A stretch of 64,000 nt of DNA from Macrostomum hystrix. Taxonomy: Eukaryota; Animalia; Platyhelminthes. This document shows positions 27,601-39,550 of the stretch, piece after piece (position 1 is the first letter of the stretch; the number at the start of each line of letters is the position of its first letter). Location: positions 3,968,001-4,032,000 of the forward strand of contig CATNEN010000030.1 of NCBI GenBank assembly GCA_950097015.1. Direction: 5' to 3'. The notes beneath the pieces were generated by a model, which was not told the origin of the DNA, made no database searches, and saw only the letters and a program-made list of their open reading frames with translations. The position numbers and the translations under genes are program-made.

Positions 27601-30600
27601 ACCTCCCGCCCTGATCACACACCAGGTGGAGCCCTGTTGTTGGATGACGTACACATCGCATCGGGAGACGCAGGAGACCCTGGCCATTCTGGACAGACTA
27701 GATCTAGACACGGACAAGCTGGCTGAAGAGGACCTGTACAAGAAGTTCGGCCTGGAGGACGAGTTTCATAACAACGATTTGAACTTCTGGCAGCGATTGA
27801 AGCCGAAGCTGTGGGCGCTGTTTGATGAGCCGTACTCATCTGCGGCTGCCAAGGTAGCATGGTGCAGCCAGTCGGGCGATTCTTAAATTTGCACTTTAAT
27901 CAGAAAATCAACGCTATTAAATTTCCCATGAAAAGATCGATGCCCCATTGTGAGCGTCTTATCAGTTCCCCAAACATCCGAACCTAAGAGATCGATGTCC
28001 CATTGTGAGCGTCTTATCAGTTTCATAAACATCCGAACCTAAGAGATCGATGTCCCATTGTGAGCGTCTTATCAGTTCCCCAAACATCCGAACCTAAGAG
28101 ATCGATGCCCCATTGTGAGCGTCTTATCAGTTCCCCAAACATCCGAACCTAAGAGATCGATGTCCCATTGTGAGCGTCTTATCAGTTTCATAAACATCCG
28201 AACCTAAGAGATCGATGTCCCATTGTGAGCGTCTTATCAGTTTCATAAACATCCGAACCTAAGAGATCGATGTCCCATTGTGAGCGTCTTATCAGTTCCC
28301 CAAACATCCGAACCTAAGAGATCGATGCCCCATTGTGAGCGTCTTATCAGTTCCCCAAACATCCGAACCTAAGAGATCGATGTCCCATTGTGAGCGTCTT
28401 ATCAGTTTCATAAACATCCGAACCTAAGAGATCGATGTCCCATTGTGAGCGTCTTATCAGTTCCCCAAACATCCGAACCTAAGAGATCGATGCCCCATTG
28501 TGAGCGTCTTATCAGTTCCCCAAACATCCGAACCTAAGAGATCGATGTCCCATTGTGAGCGTCTTATCAGTTCGCCAAACATCCGAACCTAAGAGATCGA
28601 TGCCCCATTGTGAGCGTCTTATCAGTTCCCCAAACATCCGAACCTAAGAGATCGACGTCCTATTGCGTACACTGCTACCAGTTTCCTCATCATCGCCCGC
28701 AGATTGTAGCGGTGGTGTCAGTATTCTTCATCGTAGTCAGCATCCTGTCATTCTGCTTGAAGACGTTTCCCGGCCTGCGCGTGCCCATCATTTCCAATGA
28801 GACCACCGTCATAGACGAGTTCGGCAATGAGACCTTCGTGCTGCACAAGCACCGCTCGGAGCCTCATTCGGCCTTCCTGTACATCGAATGCGTCTGCAAC
28901 TCCTGGTTCACCTTCGAGATCATCACGCGATTCGCCGTGACTCCAGAGAAGCTGGAGTTCCTAAAGTCGCCGGTGAACATCATCGACTTCATTGCCACTC
29001 TGTCCTTCTACATGGACCTTGTGCTCAATCAGGTTCTCAGCGAGGCGGAGGCCAGCTACGATGTACTGGAGTTTTTCAGCATCATCCGCATTATGCGACT
29101 GTTTAAGCTCACCAGGTTTGGCAAACAAATTAACTCACGTTAACTCGCGGCACGTAGCTAGTATCTATTATATGTTCTGTAGATACGAGTAGATACAAAT
29201 GATGATTTAATATCTGATCGAAATCCATAAACTTGCAGGCACATTGCTGGACTAAAGATTCTGATCCACACATTCAAAGCTTCGGCCAAGGAGCTGCTGC
29301 TGCTAGTATTCTTTCTCATTGTATTTATCGTGGTGTTCGCCGCACTAATCTACTATGCCGAGCGAATACAGTACAACCCCGAGAACTCCTTCGACTCAAT
29401 ACCCATCGGGCTGTGGTGGGCCATTGTCACCATGACAACGGTGGGCTACGGTGACATGGCACCTAAGACATACGCAGGTGAGTTGCTTGTGATCCTCCTT
29501 CAAAAAATGCCCCTTTCATGGAATATTTTTTTTCGAATCCTCTTTTAAGGAAAGCTACTCCCTCCCTCAAATCCTCCTCCAGAAAGCTACTCCCTCCCTC
29601 AAATCCTCCAGAAAGCTACTCCCTCCCTCAAATCCTCCAAAAAGCTACTCCCTCCTTCAGATCCTCCAGAAAGCTACTCCCTTCCTCAAATCCTCCAGAA
29701 AGCTACTCCCTCCCTCAAATCCTCCAGAGAGCTACTCCCTTCCTCAAATCCTCCTCCAGAAAGCTACTCCCTCCCTCAAATCCTCTAGAAAGCTACTCCC
29801 TTCCTCAAATCCTCCTCCAGAAAGCTACTCCCTCCCTCAAATCCTCCAGAAAGCTACTCCCTGCCTCAAATCCTCCAGAAAGCTACTCCCTCCCTCAAAT
29901 CCTCCAGAAAGCTACTCCCTGCCTCAAATTCTCCAGAAAGCTACTCCCTGCCTCAAATCCTCCAGAAAGCTACTCCCTCCCTCAAATCCTCCAGAAAGCT
30001 ACTCCCTGCCTCAAATCCTCCAGAAAGCTACTCCCTTCCTCAAATCCTCCTCCAGAAAGCTACTCCCTGCCTCAAATCCTCCAGAAAGCTACTCCCTGCC
30101 TCAAATCCTCCAGAAAGCTACTCCCTGCCTCAAATCCTCCAGAAAGCTACTCCCTCCCTCAAATCCTCCAGAAAGCTACTCCCTTCCTCAAATCCTCCTC
30201 CAGAAAGCTACTCCCTTCCTCAAATCCTCCTCCAGAAAGCTACTCCCTGCCTCAAATCCTCCAGAAAGCTACTCCCTCCCTCAAATCCTCCAGAAAGCTA
30301 CTCCCTCCCTCAAATCCTCCAGAAAGCTACTCCCTGCCTCAAATCCTCCAGAAAGCTACTCCCTGCCTCAAATCCTCCAGAAAGCTACTCCCTCCCTCAA
30401 ATCCTCCAGAGAGCTACTCCCTTCCTCAAATCCTCCTCCAGAAAGCTACTCCCTCCCTCAAATCCTCTAGAAAGCTACTCCCTTCCTCAAATCCTCCTCC
30501 AGAAAGCTACTCCCTCCCTCAAATCCTCCAGAAAGCTACTCCCTGCCTCAAATCCTCCAGAAAGCTACTCCCTCCCTCAAATCCTCCAGAAAGCTACTCC

Positions 30601-33600
30601 CTGCCTCAAATTCTCCAGAAAGCTACTCCCTGCCTCAAATCCTCCAGAAAGCTACTCCCTCCCTCAAATCCTCCAGAAAGCTACTCCCTGCCTCAAATCC
30701 TCCAGAAAGCTACTCCCTTCCTCAAATCCTCCTCCAGAAAGCTACTCCCTGCCTCAAATCCTCCAGAAAGCTACTCCCTGCCCTCAAATCCTCCAGAAAG
30801 CTACTCCCTGCCTCAAATCCTCCAGAAAGCTACTCCCTCCCTCAAATCCTCCAGAAAGCTACTCCCTTCCTCAAATCCTCCTCCAGAAAGCTACTCCCTT
30901 CCTCAAATCCTCCTCCAGAAAGCTACTCCCTGCCTCAAATCCTCCAGAAAGCTACTCCCTCCCTCAAATCCTCCAGAAAGCTACTCCCTCCCTCAAATCC
31001 TCCAGAAAGCTACTCCCTGCCTCAAATCCTCCAGAAAGCTACTCCCTGCCTCAAATCCTCCAGAAAGCTACTCCCTCCCTCAAATCCTCCAGAAAGCTAC
31101 TCCCTCCCTCAAATCCTCCAGAAAGCTACTCCCTCCCTCAAATCCTCCAGAAAGCTACTCCCTCCCTCAAATCCTCCAGAAAGCTACTCCCTCCCTCAAA
31201 TCCTCCAGAAAGCTACTCCCTTCCTCAAATCCTCCTCCAGAAAGCTACTCCCTGCCTCAAATCCTCCAGAAAGCTACTCCCTGCCTCAAATCCTCCAGAA
31301 AGCTACTCCCTGCCTCAAATCCTCCAGAAAGCTACTCCCTCCCTCAAATCCTCCAGAAAGCTACTCCCTTCCTCAAATCCTCCTCCAGAAAGCTACTCCC
31401 TGCCTCAAATCCTCCAGAAAGCTACTCCCTCCCTCAAATCCTCCAGAAAGCTACTCCCTCCCTCAAATCCTCCAGAAAGCTACTCCCTGCCTCAAATCCT
31501 CCAGAAAGCTACTCCCTTCCTCAAATCCTCCTCCAGAAAGCTACTCCCTGCCTCAAATCCTCCAGAAAGCTACTCCCTGCCTCAAATCCTCCAGAAAGCT
31601 ACTCCCTGCCTCAAATCCTCCAGAAAGCTACTCCCTCCCTCAAATCCTCCAGAAAGCTACTCCCTTCCTCAAATCCTCCTCCAGAAAGCTACTCCCTGCC
31701 TCAAATCCTCCAGAAAGCTACTCCCTCCCTCAAATCCTCCAGAAAGCTACTCCCTGCCTCAAATCCTCCAGAAAGCTACTCCCTGCCTCAAATCCTCCAG
31801 AAAGCTACTCCCTCCCTCAAATCCTCCAGAAAGCTACTCCCTCCCTCAAATCCTCCAGAAAGCTACTCCCTGCCTCAAATCCTCCAGAAAGCTACTCCCT
31901 CCCTCAAATCCTCCAGAAAGCTACTCCCTCCCTCAAATCCTCCAGAAAGCTACTCCCTCCCTCAAATCCTCCAGAAAGCTACTCCCTCCCTCAAATCCTC
32001 CAGAAAGCTACTCCCTCCCTCAAATCCTCCAGAAAGCTACTCCCTGCCTCAAATCCTCCAGAAAGCTACTCCCTGCCTCAAATCCTCCAGAAAGCTACTC
32101 CCTGCCTCAAATCCTCCAGAAAGCTACTCCCTGCCTCAAATCCTCCAGAAAGCTACTCCCTGCCTCAAATCCTCCAGAAAGCTACTCCCTGCCTCAAATC
32201 CTCCAGAAAGCTACTCCCTCCCTCAAATCCTCCAGAAAGCTACTCCCTGCCTCAAATCCTCCAGAAAGCTACTCCCTGCCTCAAATCCTCCAGAAAGCTA
32301 CTCCCTGCCTCAAATCCTCCAGAAAGCTACTCCCTCCCTCAAATCCTCCAGAAAGCTACTCCCTGCCTCAAATTCTCCAGAAAGCTACTCCCTGCCTCAA
32401 ATCCTCCAGAAAGCTACTCCCTCCCTCAAATCCTCCAGAAAGCTACTCCCTGCCTCAAATCCTCCAGAAAGCTACTCCCTCCCTCAAATCCTCCAGAAAG
32501 CTACTCCCTGCCTCAAATCCTCCAGAAAGCTACTCCCTCCCTCAAATCCTCCAGAAAGCTACTCCCTCCCTCAAATCCTCCAGAAAGCTACTCCCTCCCT
32601 CAAATCCTCCAGAAAGCTACTCCTCCCTCAAATCCTCCAGAAAGCTACTCCCTCCCTCAAATCCTCCAGAAAGCTACTCCCTGCCTCAAATCCTCCAGAA
32701 AGCTACTCCCTTCCTCAAATCCTCCTCCAGAAAGCTACTCCCTGCCTCAAATCCTCCAGAAAGCTACTCCCTGCCTCAAATCCTCCAGAAAGCTACTCCC
32801 TGCCTCAAATCCTCCAGAAAGCTACTCCCTCCCTCAAATCCTCCAGAAAGCTACTCCCTTCCTCAAATCCTCCTCCAGAAAGCTACTCCCTGCCTCAAAT
32901 CCTCCAGAAAGCTACTCCCTCCCTCAAATCCTCCAGAAAGCTACTCCCTGCCTCAAATCCTCCAGAAAGCTACTCCCTGCCTCAAATCCTCCAGAAAGCT
33001 ACTCCCTCCCTCAAATCCTCCAGAAAGCTACTCCCTGCCTCAAATCCTCCAGAAAGCTACTCCCTCCCTCAAATCCTCCAGAAAGCTACTCCCTCCCTCA
33101 AATCCTCCAGAAAGCTACTCCCTGCCTCAAATCCTCCAGAAAGCTACTCCCTGCCTCAAATCCTCCAGAAAGCTACTCCCTGCCTCAAATCCTCCAGAAA
33201 GCTACTCCCTGCCTCAAATCCTCCAGAAAGCTACTCCCTCCCTCAAATCCTCCAGAAAGCTACTCCCTGCCTCAAATCCTCCAGAAAGCTACTCCCTGCC
33301 TCAAATCCTCCAGAAAGCTACTCCCTGCCTCAAATCCTCCAGAAAGCTACTCCCTCCCTCAAATCCTCCAGAAAGCTACTCCCTGCCTCAAATCCTCCAG
33401 AAAGCTACTCCCTGCCTCAAATCCTCCAGAAAGCTACTCCCTGCCTCAAATCCTCCAGAAAGCTACTCCCTGCCTCAAATCCTCCAGAAAGCTACTCCCT
33501 CCCTCAAATCCTCCAGAAAGCTACTCCCTGCCTCAAATCCTCCTCCAGAAAGCTACTCCCTGCCTCAAATCCTCCTCCAGAAAGCTACTCCCTGCCTCAA

Positions 33601-36600
33601 ATCCTCCAGAAAGCTACTCCCTGCCTCAAATCCTCCAGAAAGCTACTCCCTGCCTCAAATCCTCCAGAAAGCTACTCCCTGCCTCAAATCCTCCAGAAAG
33701 CTACTCCCTGCCTCAAATCCTCCAGAAAGCTACTCCCTGCCTCAAATCCTCCAGAAAGCTACTCCCTGCCTCAAATCCTCCAGAAAGCTACTCCCTGCCT
33801 CAAATCCTCCAGAAAGCTACTCCCTCCCTCAAATCCTCCAGAAAGCTACTCCCTGCCTCAAATCCTCCAGAAAGCTACTCCCTCCTTCAGATCCTCCAGA
33901 AAGCTACTCCCTGCCTCAAATCCTCCAGAAAGCTACTCCCTCCCTCAAATCCTCCAGAAAGCTACTCCCTGCCTCAAATCCTCCAGAAAGCTACTCCCTC
34001 CCCCGAATCCTCCCCCATAAATGTAGACCAAAGTAAAGTTCTAGCTAGTCAATGCCTCCTTCACCTTCAACGCAGGCATGCTAGTTGGCGCACTGTGCGC
34101 CCTCACCGGCGTGCTGACCATCGCGCTGCCAGTGCCGGTAATTGTGTCCAACTTCTCCATGTTCTACTCGCACACGCAGGCGCGCAGTAAGCTGCCTAAG
34201 AAGCGCCGGCGAGTTCTGCCAGTGGAGGCCGTCAGACCGAAGGGTCCGCCAGCCCTCGGGCCGCAGGGCAAGGGCCCGGGCCAGCGGCTCGGTCTGGCCG
34301 GGCTGAAAGGCGGCCCGGGTCTCCTGGACTCCAAGCTCAACAGGCTTGGTGAGCATTGCCTGGAGCTGGTTAGCAACAGCTGCAAACTATTCTATGCCAG
34401 TTAATTGTATCGGGCGTGACTATCAGGCTAGCGGTTGACTGACCTTGCTGGCCCTGATTCAACACTATTCAAACATTTCATGCAGTCAAACACGATTCAG
34501 TTGACAGCTAACTATCAGGCCAATATTCTTGTCCAGCCTTATCGTCCCAGTTTGACTCAGAAAGTCAATAGAAATATTGAGTAGCCCCTTCTTATGGGAA
34601 CAGAATTTGCAGCTTGGCATTTTTACAATGTTCTTTTTCTTTATTCCTAAATTCTTTATTCTTGTGCGAAATTGCGCTTGTATAGTAAAATGTTAAACTA
34701 ATCCTTTACACCTTGCGTGTTGTGAAACCGCTCAAAGAACTCTGGCGCTGAAATTCAGATTTAAGGTTTGGCATCAGAAATTTATTAACTGGAGTGAATA
34801 TGAAAATTTTAAGTCTAGGACCAGTTGTGTTTTCTTTCAGTTTTCACTGGTCTTCAGTTGAGAGACCAGGTGAAAAAGCTGAAGGACCAGGTGCAGCAGT
34901 TGAAGGACCACGTGTATCAGTTGAAGAACCAGGTTTAGCAGTTGAAGAACCAGGTGTAGCAGTTGCAGGACTAGGAGCAGCAGTTGAAGGAAAAGCTGCA
35001 GCAGTTGAAGGACCAGGTGTATCAGTTGAAGGACAGCTTATCAGTTGAAGGACAGCTTCAGCTTATCAGTTGAAGGACCAGGTGTAGCAGTTGAAGGACC
35101 AGGTGTAGCAGTTAAAGGACCAGGTGTAGCAGTTGAAGGACCAGGTGTAGCAGTTGAAGGACCAGGTGTAGCAGTTGAAGGACCAGGTGTAGCAGTTGAA
35201 GGACCAGGTGTAGCAGTTGAAGGACCAGGTGTAGCAGTTGAAGGACCAGGTGTAGCAGTTGAAGGACAGCTTATCAGTTGAAGGACCAGGTGTAGCAGTT
35301 GAAGGACAGCTTATCAGTTGAAGGACCAGGTGTAGCAGTTGAAGGACAGCTTATCAGTTGAAGGACACCTTCAGCTTATCAGTTGAAGGACCAGGTGTAG
35401 CAGTTGAAGGACAGCTTATCAGTTAAAGGACCAGGTGTAGCAGTTGAAGGACAGCTTATCAGTTGAAGGACAGCTTATCAGTTGAAGGACCAGGTGTAGC
35501 AGTTGAAGGACAGCTTATCAGTTAAAGGACCAGGTGTAGCAGTTGAAGGACAGCTTATCAGTTAAAGGACCAGGTGTAGCAGTTGAAGGACAGCTTATCA
35601 GTTGAAGGACCAGGTGTAGCAGTTGAAGGACCAGGTGTAGCAGTTAAAGGACCAGGTGTAGCAGTTGAAGGACCAGGTGTAGCAGTTGAAGGACCAGGTG
35701 TAGCAGTTGAAGGACCAGGTGTAGCAGTTGAAGGACCAGGTGTAGCAGTTGAAGGACCAGGTGTAGCAGTTGAAGGACCAGGTGTAGCAGTTGAAGGACA
35801 GCTTATCAGTTGAAGGACCAGGTGTAGCAGTTGAAGGACAGCTTATCAGTTGAAGGACCAGGTGTAGCAGTTGAAGGACAGCTTATCAGTTGAAGGACAC
35901 CTTCAGCTTATCAGTTGAAGGACCAGGTGTAGCAGTTGAAGGACAGCTTATCAGTTAAAGGACCAGGTGTAGCAGTTGAAGGACAGCTTATCAGTTGAAG
36001 GACAGCTTATCAGTTGAAGGACCAGGTGTAGCAGTTGAAGGACAGCTTATCAGTTAAAGGACCAGGTGTAGCAGTTGAAGGACAGCTTATCAGTTAAAGG
36101 ACCAGGTGTAGCAGTTGAAGGACAGCTTATCAGTTGAAGGACCAGGTGTAGCAGTTGAAGGACAGCTTATCAGTTAAAGGACCAGGTGTAGCAGTTGAAG
36201 GACAGCTTATCAGTTAAAGGACCAGGTGTAGCAGTTGAAGGACAGCTTATCAGTTAAAGGACCAGGTGTAGCAGTTGAAGGACAGCTTATCAGTTAAAGG
36301 ACCAGGTGTAGCAGTTGAAGGACAGCTTATCAGTTGAAGGATCAGGTGTAGCAGTTGAAGGACAGCTTATCAGTTGAAGGACCAGGTGTAGCAGTTGAAG
36401 GACAGCTTATCAGTTGAAGGACAGCTTCAGCTTATCAGTTGAAGGACCAGGTGTAGCAGTTGAAGGACCAGGTGTAGCAGTTGAAGGACCAGGTGTAGCA
36501 GTTGAAGGACCAGGTGTATCAGTTAAAGGACTAGGTGTTGAAGGACCAGGTGTAAGGGATGACGCAATCAAATCCAAAGACCAAGGTACGCAACGATGAC

Positions 36601-39475
36601 CTTATAGCAGCCCTGCATCCGTGCTGTAAAGTATATGCAATAATGCAGCAATGTCCTGCGCCTGTCGCCTTTCTGTCTGTCGTACTTTTCTGCACTTTTT
36701 TTACCGAAGTTTTCAAAACTTTTAATGAAAGTTTTAACCATATAAAAAATCTGAAAATGGGAAATGCAATTGGACAAACGCTAAAATGCACTCGCTTAAC
36801 AACAAATTATATGCCAAGTTTGATCTGCTAGCACTACTTTCCTCCTCCGATTCCGTTCTCAATTTCATTGCAGGCGCGAACACTCTGCAGTCAATGATGA
36901 GTCCGTTCAGTAAGTTATTATTAGAATTTGCCACGTTTTCGGTGATAAAATCACCGTTGCACAAATTATATTCAATCCAATGGGTGGTGTGTGTGTGCCT
37001 GCTGCGAATACATCCAAGAGCATTAAATAGATCGTTTAAAAGGCTAATTTAGAGAAATACACTTTCTTATTGAGCGATACTATTTTTTAGTTTTCCTCAC
37101 TAATCTCTGAGTCGCTTTTTGTTGCTTTAATTATCTTGATTCTTTAATTTCAATCCGAACTGTTATTATTTCTATTTCTATTTGTCCCTATTACAGGATT
37201 TTATCCGTCCAGTCTTAACTTTGTCACTTATCAAGAAGGTAATTGTGGAATGTAATTGGACTTGCATGGTTTCACATTTAATTTACAGAGTGGCATTTCA
37301 ATTCCTGTCAACACAAACTTTGTACTCGTACTTTGTGCACGCACACTATTAGGGACGAAAAAGCCTTAAAATTTGATTCATTTAAATGTTGCTATTTTTA
37401 GAAACGTTTCGTGGGGAATCCCTCCTTAACGATCTAGCCTCGAAGCACGTGACTGACGCCAGCCAATCAAATGCAGCCAGAGCACGTTTAATTGCATGCG
37501 CAGCAGTTTGACTAGTTAGATTTCTGTTGATTTTGAGGCTGCATTGATTTAATCCCAGAGGCTACTTAGGCCAGACTAAAAGTGCAAGCGAATGTTGCAG
37601 GTGCGCAGGCCTATTTCCCCCTGGCTATGCCAGCTGCCGCAGCGGCGGTTCCCGCCCAGACAAGTGAGTGCGCCTTTTGCTATTGGTCTTCCTAACCGAT
37701 TTTGCCTAGCAACCAAAGGTGTTAAGACGCCGAGTTTGGCTTGTGGCATGGCATAATTTTACACGTTTATTTTTTTGCCGCGGTAAATCACAAAAGTACA
37801 TAGATTGCGGATCCTGTGTTGCACAATCACTCAAGCTTCTAATATTAAATTCAACCCAGTGACTTTTACTCTTTACTTGATTATATATTTAAAATTTAAA
37901 ACGGCTTCGGTGTTTCACCCTGACCTAATAATAAAACAAAACGATTAATTATGTTTTCTAATTAGCACGTCTTAGAATAAAACTTATATAAAGCTTAGAC
38001 TGAAATTTTAAATTTGTTCAATTCAACCCAGTCCAGAATATTTAAGCATGCCAAATGATCTATTCACTGTGATTGATTTTTTATAACTTTACTGTTGGTT
38101 TCAAACAACAGAGGTTGTAGCCTTGCGGTTAGAGCCTCGGACTCACGACTTGAAGGTCGGGGTTCGATTCTTGACCTCACTAGAAAAATTTGTGTCCTTT
38201 AGCGAGACACTTAACTCTGCATTGCTTCAGTTCACCCAGCCGTTAAATGGGTGCCAGCTGGATAGTTGAGGGTGGGTGTGGCGTCCCCAGTCGATGGACT
38301 GAAAAGCTGTACGCAGCCTTCAGCATTGCACAATATCTGCGGCTGTGCTGTCGGCTGCACATCTGGCCCTATTGGGGCAGGAGTAATGGATTATTTCTTT
38401 TTAATAATTATTATTACACAGAAGATTTTTACATTTATCATTGTAAAAATGAAAGATTCTAGAGTCAGGACTTCATTTGAAGGCTTAGAAAAATCGAACC
38501 AATGACCTGCGTGCAATATTTAAAATCTTCGCTGACTCCAAAAACTTCCCATCAACAATTCGTCACTCGTCGGGCAGGCCTGAAGGAGGAGCAGATCCCA
38601 ATGCTGCTTGTGAACAGCGGCGCCCAGGCCTCCGCTACGGCCCACTCAGGTATTGCCCAGCACCAGCAGCAGCTGCACCAGCTGCAGCAGCTGCAGCAGT
38701 ACCAGCTGCACACTCGAAGGGCCGCCGTCATTCAGCTAGACGAGCCCCTGCTGACCCACGTCGAGCAGCCGAAAATTTTCCAGCTGGCCAACGCCGCTGG
38801 CAGCGAAGCTGTCTCGGCGTGGGAGTCAGCCGAACCAGACGGGGCCTGCGTCGAGGCTGCGGTGACGGCCGCGCCCGCGGTGGCGGAGTTGATTATCCAG
38901 GAGGTTCCGGGTCGCAACATGGCGGAGGTGCAGCACAGCCTAGTCACTGGTACCCATGCACAATGGGGCGCAATGCCTGCTTTATTTTGAGCATGCAGCC
39001 TCAGGCCGCACGCCATTGATAAAATTTATTAAGCACAGTTGGTGTCGGCTCAATACCTGTGTCTCTATAATCCTCCATTGCTTTCTTAATTCCATTTTAT
39101 GACTAACAGTGAAAGCGCGTGATATTGCTTTGGGCATTGCATAACCATAGAGATGCAATCTATGTGCAAGGCTAATATTTTTAGCTGCGAAATTACGAGC
39201 TACTAACAAAAGTTTGATTCTATAACTCCTGCCGTAAATGACTGTGATTTCTTCTTTACTAGGACATTTCATCATGAGCTGGCGTACAAAATTTTGATAT
39301 TTTATTACATTTCTTAAGTTTGCAGTGCATAGTGCGTCTTAACACGTTAATTAACACGTTAACAATTAACACGTTCGATACGTTAATCATTTTTTCCGTT
39401 TTTTCTGCGATAGTTAAATCTGTACTTCACTGTTAAATTTCCATTTTGACAGAGGAGAACCACTTGACAGAGCTT

Positions 39476-39550
<75 letters not shown>

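Noticed and set aside
27935-28657. Regular 55-bp array, and the 45-bp, 37-bp and 33-bp arrays, as possible CRISPR arrays
   Set aside because: Units are head-to-tail with no unique spacers, there are no cas genes, and the context is eukaryotic introns.
29518-34020. 1500-aa plus-strand ORF
   Set aside because: It is the translation of a 29-bp satellite cycling through three frames inside Shaw intron 4, which is flanked by canonical GT/AG. It is not in frame with the channel.
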